From an uncultured virus (IMG/VR IMGVR_UViG_3300027156_000007) (taxonomy: Duplodnaviria > Heunggongvirae > Uroviricota > Caudoviricetes), in IMG/VR virus record IMGVR_UViG_3300027156_000007, positions 1-64,000 of that record: a DNA stretch of 64,000 nucleotides; one strand, written 5' to 3'. The position numbers and the translations under genes are program-made. Shown one piece after another: positions 7,865 through 16,021 of the stretch (the first letter of the stretch is position 1; the number at the start of each line of letters is the position of its first letter). The notes beneath the pieces were generated by a model. That model was not told where the DNA came from. It saw only the letters and a list, made by a program, of their open reading frames with translations, and searched no databases.

Positions 7865-8524
7865 TTATTTGGCTAACTCTGGCTCATTCTTGAACTCATA
7901 ATACATAAGCTCTTCATCGCCAGCAGTCCACTTATAAGCAAGCCCTTCGCAAGAGAACTCATGTCCGAAAGGTTTCCAATTTTTTGCCTCTAGAGGAAGC
8001 GGGGAACCAATAAATGCTCCTGAATCTCTCCAAACTATTCTGTTGTTTGGTTGAGCGAACATTTGTCCCCCTTCTCCCCAGAAGATGTGAGCGCATTTAT
8101 GTCCAGCAGATATCTCAGAATAACCTAAATTATAATCATCACCATTACACCAATCAATCGTGAAGCAATATTTGCCAACGTGTTTACTTTTATCTTTCAA
8201 AAGTATATAAGCAGAAGCATTTTTTAAATAATCAAATCTCTGAATAGTGAAATAGTAACTAAAACTATCCCACAATTGCAACCAATGTAATTCGTAATCA
8301 GTAGTTGGGTTGGCATCAAAGGACAAGTAGTGAATTGGAACCCTTGCGAACTGTGCGCCAAACTCACTCATCACATTAAACATTAAACATCTCTTAGGTA
8401 TTGAAACCACAGAGAATATCTCAACAGGAATCCATTCGTTCATGGTCCTAGGTTTTGCATTATGAAGAAAGGAAACGTCAAGGTATCCAATCTGAACTGG
8501 TATTGATGAACTTAGATAACTCAT
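7865..8524 (-). CDS. Conserved hypothetical phage protein
   Basis: 219 aa; GAQFARVPIH, LQLWDSFSY, YCFTIDW, HKCAH and AQPNNRIVW motifs. Confidence 0.65.
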   Translation of the reverse strand: MSYLSSSIPVQIGYLDVSFLHNAKPRTMNEWIPVEIFSVVSIPKRCLMFNVMSEFGAQFARVPIHYLSFDANPTTDYELHWLQLWDSFSYYFTIQRFDYLKNASAYILLKDKSKHVGKYCFTIDWCNGDDYNLGYSEISAGHKCAHIFWGEGGQMFAQPNNRIVWRDSGAFIGSPLPLEAKNWKPFGHEFSCEGLAYKWTAGDEELMYYEFKNEPELAK

Positions 8525-8552
8525 AAAATAAAAACCCCGCCCGAAGGCGGGG
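8525..8552 (-). terminator. Intrinsic terminator after hsp20
   Basis: CCCCGCC-TTCG-GGCGGGG followed by TTTTTATTTT. Confidence 0.85.
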
Positions 8553-8558
8553 AGTAAC

Positions 8559-8897
8559 TTAGGTTACTTTAACTTTCTTCGGCTGATAGGCTCCCTTAAC
8601 AGGAACCGACAAAGTAAGCAGTCCGTTCTCAGCAGAAGCTTTCAAAAGAGAAGCGTCCGCTGCGGAAGGAATCCATAGCGAAGCTTCAGCTTTCCTCTTC
8701 GCGTTAGAGGCTTTAACTGTGACTAAATCGCCAATCTCATCTCTCTTTACTGTAATATCTAAATCTTCTTTACTGAAACCCGGCACTTCAATTTCAGAAA
8801 CATATTCGTTGCTCATTTTGTCTAGCACGAATGAATCTTTATTGTAAAGATCTAGTTTTTGAGTTTGACCATTGCTTGATTGAATATAGTATATCAT
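8559..8897 (-). CDS. Small heat-shock protein (Hsp20/alpha-crystallin)
   Basis: EIEVPGFSKEDLDITV and ASAENGLLTLSVP motifs; start reassigned to ATG 8897. Confidence 0.85.
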   Translation of the reverse strand: MIYYIQSSNGQTQKLDLYNKDSFVLDKMSNEYVSEIEVPGFSKEDLDITVKRDEIGDLVTVKASNAKRKAEASLWIPSAADASLLKASAENGLLTLSVPVKGAYQPKKVKVT

Positions 8898-8910
8898 AGA
8901 GTTTTCCTCT

Positions 8911-8926
8911 AGCAAAAACTGTGCCA
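8911..8926 (-). promoter_or_regulatory. sigma54 (-24/-12) promoter
   Basis: TGGCAC-AGTTT-TTGCT exactly fits TGGCAC-N5-TTGCW; predicted +1 ~8900, 3 nt before the ATG. Confidence 0.75.
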
Positions 8927-8956
8927 ACTTTAAAAACCGCCTTTTTACTGCTTATT

Positions 8957-8995
8957 TGAGACATTCTGAGACAAAATTGGTTGTCACAGTGACAA
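8957..8995. promoter_or_regulatory. Putative activator (enhancer) binding sites
   Basis: TGAGACA direct repeat (8957, 8967) and perfect palindrome TTGTCAC-A-GTGACAA (8981-8995) upstream of the sigma54 site. Confidence 0.5.
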
Positions 8996-8997
8996 GG

Positions 8998-9483
8998 TTA
9001 CACGCCTGTACTTCCAAATCCGCCCGTTCTTTCGGTTGTAGACAAAGATTCAACCTGCTGCCAATCAACAGCATGATACTTTTCAATAATTAATTGAGCG
9101 ATTCGATCTCCAGCTTTAATATTAAAATCAAAATTTGAACCAGCAATATTTGGAGTAAGTCCCATCATGCTTGCAAGATCAATACTTAGATTCATCAATA
9201 CAACTTTAACTTCTCCACGATAGCTAGAGTCTACAACGCCAGCAAGAACATCAATTCCATTCTTAACTGCTAACCCGCTGCGAGGAGCAATCCTTGCATA
9301 ATACCCTTGAGGCACTTCGATTGAAAGGCCAGTGCTAACCAAAGCGCGACTCATTGGCTTGATCCTTACGCTCTCAGTTGAATAAAGATCGTAACCAGCA
9401 TCTCCAGTTTTTTGACGAGATGGGACGATTGCCAGATTATTTAGTTTAACGAATTTAACTGGGACTATTGTTTCTATATCCAT
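8998..9483 (-). CDS. dut: dUTPase (trimeric)
   Basis: AGYDL, PRSGLA, GVVDSSYRGEV, GDRIAQL and RTGGFGSTG motifs I-V. Confidence 0.95.
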   Translation of the reverse strand: MDIETIVPVKFVKLNNLAIVPSRQKTGDAGYDLYSTESVRIKPMSRALVSTGLSIEVPQGYYARIAPRSGLAVKNGIDVLAGVVDSSYRGEVKVVLMNLSIDLASMMGLTPNIAGSNFDFNIKAGDRIAQLIIEKYHAVDWQQVESLSTTERTGGFGSTGV

Positions 9484-9932
9484 AATTGTAAATTAGATTT
9501 AATTTTAGAAAGGCTTTCGGGATTTAATTCTTTATAGTAAATTTTGTAATATTCAAATATTTCTTTGAACTTATTGCACTGATCGTATTCTTTGATATAA
9601 AATACTCTTTGTATTTCATGAGAAACTATATCTTTCGCGCAAGCGAAACAAGGGGATATTGTCAAACATATAGTATCTCCTTCTCCCTTTCTTATCAAAG
9701 ACAAAGCGTTAGTTTCTGCATGAAGCATTATTTCGCGCTTTTTCGGACGATTTTCTTCCTTCTTCATCCAGTCTTTAACAGGGAAGCCTTTTTTAAGACC
9801 ATTGTAGCCTGTTGAAATTATTCTGCCCTCTTTATTTAAAATACAAGCTCCAACCTTGGTGTGTGGATCTTCACTTCTAGACGAAGCAGCAAGAGCCATC
9901 ATGCACCCGTACTCATGCCAAGAAAGTCTCAT
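9474..9932 (-). CDS. dCMP deaminase
   Basis: RSEDPHTKVGACI, TGYNG, HAETNA and SPCFAC; start reassigned to ATG 9932. Confidence 0.9.
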   Translation of the reverse strand: MRLSWHEYGCMMALAASSRSEDPHTKVGACILNKEGRIISTGYNGLKKGFPVKDWMKKEENRPKKREIMLHAETNALSLIRKGEGDTICLTISPCFACAKDIVSHEIQRVFYIKEYDQCNKFKEIFEYYKIYYKELNPESLSKIKSNLQLWI

Positions 9933-9939
9933 GGACAAT

Positions 9940-10004
9940 ATTCTCGCTAGAGCAAAACAAAAGATCAAGTTTATTTGGACCTTTTTCTGGCATTCTTGTA
10001 TTAT
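9940..10004. promoter_or_regulatory. Divergent sigma70-like promoters at the strand switch
   Basis: Minus: TTGATC(9968-9963)-17-GAGAAT, 7 nt before ATG 9932. Plus: TTGGAC(9975)-18-TATTAT, 5 nt before ATG 10010. Confidence 0.5.
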
Positions 10005-10009
10005 TGATT

Positions 10010-10429
10010 ATGACAATCGCCGATGCTTCAATTAAATTGTACCAGTGGTATTTTAAAAATGACAGTTTTTGTGAGAATGATTTCATAAAAATTCTTGAAA
10101 TTTCTGAACAACCTGAATCTGAAAGAGCTTGCATTTTGTGCGCTCTTGAAGAATTTGAGAAAAATGGAGTAGTAAAGAAAGCTTCTTTTAATAAAGATGA
10201 TTATTGGATTCTTTCTAAGAAGTTTGATGCTTACGAACAAAATATTACAATCTCTCCTAAAACTGCTTTCGTAATCGCAGAAATTATTAATTCTTACTGC
10301 ACTTTAATTGAAAATGAATCTGAAAGATGCAACCCCGCTTCGGTCAGCGAGAAGGACATCAAGAACCTTCTGGTGATTTTCAACGAGATGCGCGAAAAGA
10401 TTTTTGACAAAACCAAAAACCCTGAATAG
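10010..10429 (+). CDS. Hypothetical protein
   Basis: First gene of the rightward block; ATG 10010 is in frame with the listed ORF. Confidence 0.6.
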   Translation: MTIADASIKLYQWYFKNDSFCENDFIKILEISEQPESERACILCALEEFEKNGVVKKASFNKDDYWILSKKFDAYEQNITISPKTAFVIAEIINSYCTLIENESERCNPASVSEKDIKNLLVIFNEMREKIFDKTKNPE

Positions 10430-10432
10430 GAT
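10404..10432 (+). promoter_or_regulatory. sigma70 promoter for the ncRNA
   Basis: TTGACA-17nt-TAGGAT; predicted +1 at 10438-10439 coincides with the first base of the long-range stem. Confidence 0.75.
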
Positions 10433-10437
10433 GAGCT

Positions 10438-10758
10438 AGTTCTTTGTCTGGGTGAATAGCCTACTGGGGATATCCCAGTTTGAACGCATCAGAGACATCA
10501 GGCCCGTAAAAAGACCCTAGTCAACTGGATCTAAGAAATCCAACGCCATTTCGGGAAAAGGCGACGTTCCGCAAGGAGAAGACTTTGAAAAGCTGAAACC
10601 TCATTTTTCTCAAAAGAAAAAGCTGGCAGTTCGTCCTAAGAGAAATCCCACCCGTGAAGACAAAGAACTTAAACAAAGAGTTAGTCATTAGCTAGGCTCT
10701 CTTGAGAGGGCCGAAAGCCTGAGAAACAGGTTGCGAAGGATTGAAATGGGTAACTCTT
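10438..10758 (+). ncRNA. Putative large structured non-coding RNA of unknown class
   Basis: 12-bp perfect closing stem AGTTCTTTGTCT(10438-49)/AGACAAAGAACT(10658-69) plus GGGTG/CACCC; multiple internal hairpins; second domain closed by AAGAGTTA(10676-83)/TAACTCTT(10751-58); lies in a 450-bp ORF-free gap with raised GC. Confidence 0.7.
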
Positions 10759-10844
10759 GATTATTTTAAAACTCTATAATTATTTTTAGAGATGACAGCC
10801 TTTTCCTATTTTAACTCAAAGAAAAATCATAAAGCTGGCAGTTC
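10619..10844 (+). repeat. 14-bp direct repeat AAAGCTGGCAGTTC (10619-10632, 10831-10844)
   Basis: Exact repeat read from the sequence. Confidence 0.7.
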
Positions 10845-10846
10845 TC

Positions 10847-10875
10847 TTTACAAACACATTTCTTCTAGATACTAT
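10847..10875 (+). promoter_or_regulatory. sigma70-like promoter (leaderless)
   Basis: TTTACA-17-TACTAT, 8 nt before ATG 10884. Confidence 0.6.
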
Positions 10876-10883
10876 GTTTTATT

Positions 10884-11516
10884 ATGTCTAACTTATTCCT
10901 AGGAATTGCTGGTGCTGCAACTGTAGGTAAGGATACTTACTATAGATTACTAAAACAGATTTGCTCAGAAGAGTTTGGAGTTAATGTAATAAGATTTGCT
11001 CTGGCTGATTCATTAAAGAATGATTTATATTCTTTGATCTTATATAAATACGGAGTTGACATTTTTAATTGTTCTACTGAAGATAAGAATAAAGTAAGAC
11101 ATCTGTTAGTAAGTCACGCTAGAGTAATGCGTCAAAATACTAAAGGAAGATATTGGATAGATAAGCTTCAGTCTGAAATTGAAGACTATAAGAAATCTGA
11201 AAATTTTAAACCTTCAGATATTTTTTGTGTAACAGATATTAGACACTTCGAATATTTAAAAGACGAAGTTGTCTGGCTAAAGGAAGAAAATAAAGGAGTT
11301 TTAATTTATGTTGAAAAATATTTTTCAGACGGTTCAATTTGCAATCCTGCGAACGCTGACGAAAGCAGAAATGATCCCGCTCTTAGAGAACATTGCGATT
11401 ATCTGCTTCGTTGGATGCACGGATCTGACGAAGAGATTTTAAAAATTTCCGTCAAAAAAAGTATTGACAACTTGATAAAACAAGGTAAGCTTTACACACA
11501 TGATAGACTCAACTGA
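10884..11516 (+). CDS. dNMP kinase-like P-loop protein
   Basis: GIAGAATVGKDT P-loop, FALADSLK and VTDIRH motifs. Confidence 0.75.
   Translation: MSNLFLGIAGAATVGKDTYYRLLKQICSEEFGVNVIRFALADSLKNDLYSLILYKYGVDIFNCSTEDKNKVRHLLVSHARVMRQNTKGRYWIDKLQSEIEDYKKSENFKPSDIFCVTDIRHFEYLKDEVVWLKEENKGVLIYVEKYFSDGSICNPANADESRNDPALREHCDYLLRWMHGSDEEILKISVKKSIDNLIKQGKLYTHDRLN
11464..11491 (+). promoter_or_regulatory. sigma70-like promoter (leaderless sigma gene)
   Basis: TTGACA-16-TAAGCT, 8 nt before ATG 11500. Confidence 0.55.
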
Positions 11517-12087
11517 TAACGAACTTGTAGCGAAGGTAAAACTTCATCAATGCAACCAATCATTAAAGACTCTGATAGACAGGCACTCTCCTCTCTGTTT
11601 TGATATCTTTAAAAAATATAATAAGATTCTTCAAGAAAGAGGCGTAAGCCCAGAAGATCTTGCGAATGAAAAAGATTACATAATTTACAAATGTACTCTT
11701 AACTTTGACGAAACTCAAAATAGCAAATTCTCAACTTGGCTTGCCAACCATGTTAAATACAAATGCTTAACAAACATTACTAAACACAAGTGGACTCTTT
11801 CTATAGACGATGAAAATCAAAAGAATCTTGTAGCAAATCTCAGTCAAGACTCAAATGATTTTGAAGAGAAGAAGGAATATATATTTAATCTCCTTTCTCA
11901 AATGAAAGATAAACGACTGGAGAAGATTATTATGTTGAGATACTATGGAGACAAACCTTCTCGTAAGTGGAAGAATATTTCAAAAGAACTAGGCGTAACT
12001 TACCAGACGGCAATCACTTTACACAAAAAAGCCCTTGAGTTCTTGAAAACAAAAATAGAGAGTAAAGAAATGCAAGATTTCGTGTAA
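11500..12087 (+). CDS. Phage RNA polymerase sigma factor (sigma70 family, regions 2 and 4)
   Basis: FDETQNSKFSTWLANHVK (region 2.3-2.4-like) and C-terminal HTH WKNISKELGVTYQTAITLHKKAL. Confidence 0.8.
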   Translation: MIDSTDNELVAKVKLHQCNQSLKTLIDRHSPLCFDIFKKYNKILQERGVSPEDLANEKDYIIYKCTLNFDETQNSKFSTWLANHVKYKCLTNITKHKWTLSIDDENQKNLVANLSQDSNDFEEKKEYIFNLLSQMKDKRLEKIIMLRYYGDKPSRKWKNISKELGVTYQTAITLHKKALEFLKTKIESKEMQDFV

Positions 12088-12093
12088 AAACTC

Positions 12094-12122
12094 TTTACTT
12101 TTTTTGTTGGTGCAGGTAGTAT
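12094..12122 (+). promoter_or_regulatory. sigma70-like promoter
   Basis: TTTACT-17-TAGTAT upstream of ATG 12138. Confidence 0.5.
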
Positions 12123-12137
12123 TTATTTGCATATCTT

Positions 12138-12491
12138 ATGCCTACTCCTAATACTAACAATACTGACAGTAATTCAATTCGACGCGAACTTGGCGCACTT
12201 TGGAGCCGCAAAGGCTCTAGTGGTTCTGAGTATCTAACTGGTAAGTTTCGACTTAAGGACATCAAGGATAACTTTGATGAAGTTAAGATCATTGTGTTCC
12301 CAAATAACAAGAAGAAGAATGATGGGTCTCCCGATTTTCAGATCTTCATGGAAAAGGCTCAGTACGAGACCTTGACCGGAACTTCAGTTCCAACAAGCAA
12401 CAGCACGACCCGTCTAGCATCACCAAAGCCTACCGCAAAGCCAGCGAAGGCGGCTGTCAGTCAAGTCAATTCAGACGATGATTTGATCTAA
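12138..12491 (+). CDS. Putative ssDNA-binding protein (DUF736-like)
   Basis: ELGALW..K....YLTG...PDFQI core, low-complexity linker and acidic C-terminal tail SDDDLI. Confidence 0.5.
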   Translation: MPTPNTNNTDSNSIRRELGALWSRKGSSGSEYLTGKFRLKDIKDNFDEVKIIVFPNNKKKNDGSPDFQIFMEKAQYETLTGTSVPTSNSTTRLASPKPTAKPAKAAVSQVNSDDDLI

Positions 12492-12492
12492 C

Positions 12493-13572
12493 ATGAAATT
12501 TGCCCTGCATCTTCCGATTAATACGACCAGTTTTGGTCAGGTCTCAATTCAGCTTCTCAAAGAGATTTATTCTTTGAAGTTGGAGCCATCTCTGTTTATG
12601 ATTGGCAATCCTGATTTCGGTCAGGAAGAGACTACGGAAGATTTTAAGAATTGGTTTAATTCTTGTTTGAAGAAAGGTCTTCGATCTCATTCAAGAAAAG
12701 ATCCAGTTTTTAAACTGTGGCACATTAATGGCTCACTTGAGTCTTATAGTGATCGGCAGTTTTTACTTACTTTCCATGAACTTGATGCCCTCACTCAGAC
12801 TGAGGTTAATATCTTAAAGAATAACGATAAGGTATTAGTCTCTTCCCCTTACTCAGCGAAGGTATTCAATGAACATGGGGTAAGTAATGTAAGTTATTTG
12901 CCCCTGTTCTTTGATTCAAAGAATTTCAAAGCCACAAACAAGACTTACTTTAATGACGGCAGAATTACTTTTAATCTCTGTGGCAAGTTTGAAAAGCGTA
13001 AACACCATGTAAAAGCTATTCGCGCATGGATCAATAAGTACGCTAATAATAATAATTATTCCTTGCAGTGCGCTCTTTATAACAATTTTCTATCTCAAGA
13101 AGATAATACTAAATTGATTAACATGGCGGTTGAAGGAAAGAAGTTCTTCAACGTCAGCTTCTTTGGGCATATGGCTCAAGTTAATCTTTATAATGAATTT
13201 CTAAATTCAGCAGATATTATTCTTGGGGCTTCAGGTGGCGAAGGTTGGGCATTGCCAGAATTTCAATCGGTTGCAATCGGCAAGCACTCTGTGATTGTTA
13301 ATGCTCATGCTTACTCTGCTTGGGCAAATGAGAAGAACTCTGTTTTAGTAAATCCTTGTGGGAAAACTCCTGCTTATGATGGAATGTTTTTTCATCAAGG
13401 TCAGGAATTTAATCAAGGAAATATCTTTGAATGGTCAGAAGATCAATTTATTGAAGGCTGCGAAAAAGCAATCGCAAGAGTCAAGCAGAACAAAATAAAT
13501 CAAGAAGGCTTGAAGCTTCAAGACCAGTTCACCGTCAGAAAAACGACAGAACAAATTCTTTCTCTTTTCTAA
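12493..13572 (+). CDS. GT4 (GT-B) glycosyltransferase
   Basis: GKFEKRKH and SGGEGWALPEFQS (EGFGLP-like) motifs. Confidence 0.8.
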   Translation: MKFALHLPINTTSFGQVSIQLLKEIYSLKLEPSLFMIGNPDFGQEETTEDFKNWFNSCLKKGLRSHSRKDPVFKLWHINGSLESYSDRQFLLTFHELDALTQTEVNILKNNDKVLVSSPYSAKVFNEHGVSNVSYLPLFFDSKNFKATNKTYFNDGRITFNLCGKFEKRKHHVKAIRAWINKYANNNNYSLQCALYNNFLSQEDNTKLINMAVEGKKFFNVSFFGHMAQVNLYNEFLNSADIILGASGGEGWALPEFQSVAIGKHSVIVNAHAYSAWANEKNSVLVNPCGKTPAYDGMFFHQGQEFNQGNIFEWSEDQFIEGCEKAIARVKQNKINQEGLKLQDQFTVRKTTEQILSLF

Positions 13573-13573
13573 T

Positions 13574-13918
13574 ATGCCAGTTTACATTTTTCAAAATCCT
13601 AAGAATAAAGAATACAAAGAAGTTTTTCTTTCAATTGATGCAGAGAAAGTGTATTCTGAGGACGGAGTGAAATGGCAAAGGATTTTCATCTCTCCTAATG
13701 TAAGTGTAGATACAGAGATAGATGCGAACTCTGAGCGAGATTTTGTTGAAAAAACTAAGAGAAAGAATTATAATCTTGGTGAAATGTGGGATTCTTCTAA
13801 AGAGCTTTCTGAAAAAAGAGAAAAAGAAAGAGGAGTAGACCCCATTAAAGAGAAGGCAGAAAAAGACTACTCTAAAAAACGTCGTGGCGCAAAGCATACG
13901 AACAAAGTAGTTCTTTAA
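13574..13918 (+). CDS. FmdB-like small protein (Cys-less)
   Basis: MPVYIFQNP...WQRIFISP N-terminus resembles FmdB zinc-ribbon proteins. Confidence 0.45.
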   Translation: MPVYIFQNPKNKEYKEVFLSIDAEKVYSEDGVKWQRIFISPNVSVDTEIDANSERDFVEKTKRKNYNLGEMWDSSKELSEKREKERGVDPIKEKAEKDYSKKRRGAKHTNKVVL

Positions 13919-13968
13919 TTTTTGATTTCTCAAAACGGTTTTTCTTCGGTGTAATTTATTATCCCTAT

Positions 13969-15936
13969 ATGAGCAAGGCTATTAACTTCCTAGATGAAAT
14001 GGCGAACTTTACGTTCGTAACAAAATACGCAAAATATGATGAAAAGAAGAAGCGTAGAGAAACATGGGACGAGACTGTTACAAGAGTCGAGACCATGCAC
14101 TTGAAGAAATTCAAGCACCTACCAAAAGAAGACAAATATGAAATCTCAAAAGCTTTCGACTTGGTTAGAGAAAGGAAAGTTACTCCTTCAATGCGGAGCA
14201 TGCAATTCGGCGGTAAAGCGGTTGAAGCACATAATGGAAGAATCTTTAATTGTGCTGTACGTCATATTGACTCTATTCGTTCTTTTGCTGAATCTTTTTA
14301 TACTTTGCTTTGTGGTACTGGCGTTGGATTTGGTATCACTGATAAGTTCCTCAATCGCTTACCTGATCTCGTTAACGCTAAAGATAAGACGGGAACGGTA
14401 ATTACCTATACAGTTAATGATAGCATTGAAGGATGGGGTGACTCAATTGAGGCTTTGTTGAATTGTTATTTTAAGAATACTGCTTACTCTGGACGTAAGA
14501 TCGTATTTGATTATAGCAAAATTCGCCCAAAGGGTGCGAAGCTTAAGACTGGTGGTGGCAAGGCTCCCGGTTACAAGGGGCTTAAGAACTGCCATTTCAA
14601 GGTTAAGCTCTTGCTTGATACCATCATTGAAGACAGCAATCAAACTCGCCTTAAGACCGTTAATGCTTATGATATTTTGATGCATTGCGCCGATGCAGTG
14701 TTGTCAGGTGGCATTCGCCGTTCTGCTTGCAGTGTTATCTTTGACGCTCAAGACAAGGACATGATGAACGCCAAGACTGGAAATTGGTTCCTTGACAATC
14801 CTCAGAGAGCTAGATCAAACAATTCAGCAATTATTATTCGTGGTAAGACTTCTTACGAGGAGTTTGAGACCTTAATTAATAAGACTAAAGAGTTTGGTGA
14901 GCCGGGATTCCTATATGTTGTTGATGAGAATCAGCTTTTGAATCCTTGCTTTGAGATTTCTTTTATTCCTATTACTAAAGATGGGCGTTGCGGATTCCAA
15001 TTCTGTAACCTTACTTCTATTAATGGAGCTAAAGTTGAGTCTCTAGAAGATTTTAAAAATGCTTCTTGGGCTGCTTCTTTGATCGGTACGCTGCAAGCTG
15101 CCTATACGACATTCCCTTATCTTGGTCACACTTCTGAAGAGTTGACTGAAGAGGAGGCTTTGCTTGGAGTCTCTATTACTGGAATGATGGATAATCCAGA
15201 CATTCTTTTTAATCCAGAGTATCAAAGAGAAGCTGCGAAAGTTTCAGTAAATACTAATATCGAATGGGCTAAGAAGATAGGAATTAATCAAGCCTCTAGA
15301 GTCACTTGTATCAAGCCAGAAGGAACTAATTCTATTGTATTGTCTGCCGCTTCTGGAATTCATCCCCATCACGCTCGTAAGTACTTCCGCCGTATTCAGG
15401 TCAACAAGGAAGATAATGTCTACAAGTTCTTTAAGATGTTCAATGAACACGCTTGCGAAGAGAGCGTTTGGAGCGCAAATAAGGTTGATGACGTTATTAC
15501 ATTCCCTATTGAAGTAGGTGAGAATGTCAAGATTAAATCTGAACTAAATGCAATTGAGCATTTGGAGCTTATCAAATTGACACAAACTAACTGGGTAAAT
15601 TGTGGCACAACTGCTTCAAACAAGAAGCCTCTAAATCATTCAGTTAGCTGCACCGTTATTGTTAAAGATGACGAGTGGAAGACCGTTACAGAGTATCTCT
15701 ATAACAATCAAGAGTACTTTACTGCTGTTTCTTTGCTTCCTTATTCTGGAGACAAGATCTATCAACAGGCCCCAATGGAAGCAATTGTAACACCTGAAGA
15801 CGAAGTTAAATTTAATAAACTTCAAGAAGAGTGGTCAAAGGTTGACTTTACTAAGCTTATTGAAGACGAGGATGAGACTAGTCATACTCAGGAAGCTGCT
15901 TGCGCTGGCGGAAAATGTGAGCCAGTAAGTCTATAA
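13969..15936 (+). CDS. nrdJ: Class II (adenosylcobalamin-dependent) ribonucleotide reductase
   Basis: TPSMRSM, IFNCA, GTGVGF, GGIRRSA, NPCFEI, FCNLT, TCIKPEGT and C-terminal ACAGGKC; no beta-subunit gene nearby. Confidence 0.9.
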   Translation: MSKAINFLDEMANFTFVTKYAKYDEKKKRRETWDETVTRVETMHLKKFKHLPKEDKYEISKAFDLVRERKVTPSMRSMQFGGKAVEAHNGRIFNCAVRHIDSIRSFAESFYTLLCGTGVGFGITDKFLNRLPDLVNAKDKTGTVITYTVNDSIEGWGDSIEALLNCYFKNTAYSGRKIVFDYSKIRPKGAKLKTGGGKAPGYKGLKNCHFKVKLLLDTIIEDSNQTRLKTVNAYDILMHCADAVLSGGIRRSACSVIFDAQDKDMMNAKTGNWFLDNPQRARSNNSAIIIRGKTSYEEFETLINKTKEFGEPGFLYVVDENQLLNPCFEISFIPITKDGRCGFQFCNLTSINGAKVESLEDFKNASWAASLIGTLQAAYTTFPYLGHTSEELTEEEALLGVSITGMMDNPDILFNPEYQREAAKVSVNTNIEWAKKIGINQASRVTCIKPEGTNSIVLSAASGIHPHHARKYFRRIQVNKEDNVYKFFKMFNEHACEESVWSANKVDDVITFPIEVGENVKIKSELNAIEHLELIKLTQTNWVNCGTTASNKKPLNHSVSCTVIVKDDEWKTVTEYLYNNQEYFTAVSLLPYSGDKIYQQAPMEAIVTPEDEVKFNKLQEEWSKVDFTKLIEDEDETSHTQEAACAGGKCEPVSL

Positions 15937-15953
15937 AATTTTTAGACTTTTTT
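15927..15953 (+). terminator. Weak terminator-like hairpin over the nrdJ stop
   Basis: AAGTCTA...TAGACTT followed by a T run; AU-rich. Confidence 0.3.
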
Positions 15954-15994
15954 GTGCTATAGTATTTTACAGAGTGTAGAATACTATATGCACA
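15953..15994. repeat. ~20-bp imperfect inverted repeat
   Basis: TGTGC-TATAGTATTTTACA-gag-TGTAGAATACTATA-T-GCACA. Confidence 0.7.
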
Positions 15995-16021
15995 TCATGT
16001 GGGCTTTAAATAAGTAAAAAT

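Noticed and set aside
8898..8927. TTG-initiated extension of Hsp20
   Set aside because: Overlaps the sigma54 promoter; ATG 8897 fits the predicted TSS
10438..10758. Identification as tmRNA, RNase P RNA, 6S RNA or a group I/II intron
   Set aside because: No tRNA-like GGGG..CCA ends or tag ORF, no GAGGAAAGUCC/AGAACCCGGCUUA RNase P motifs, branched rather than rod-like, and not interrupting a gene; a covariance search is still needed
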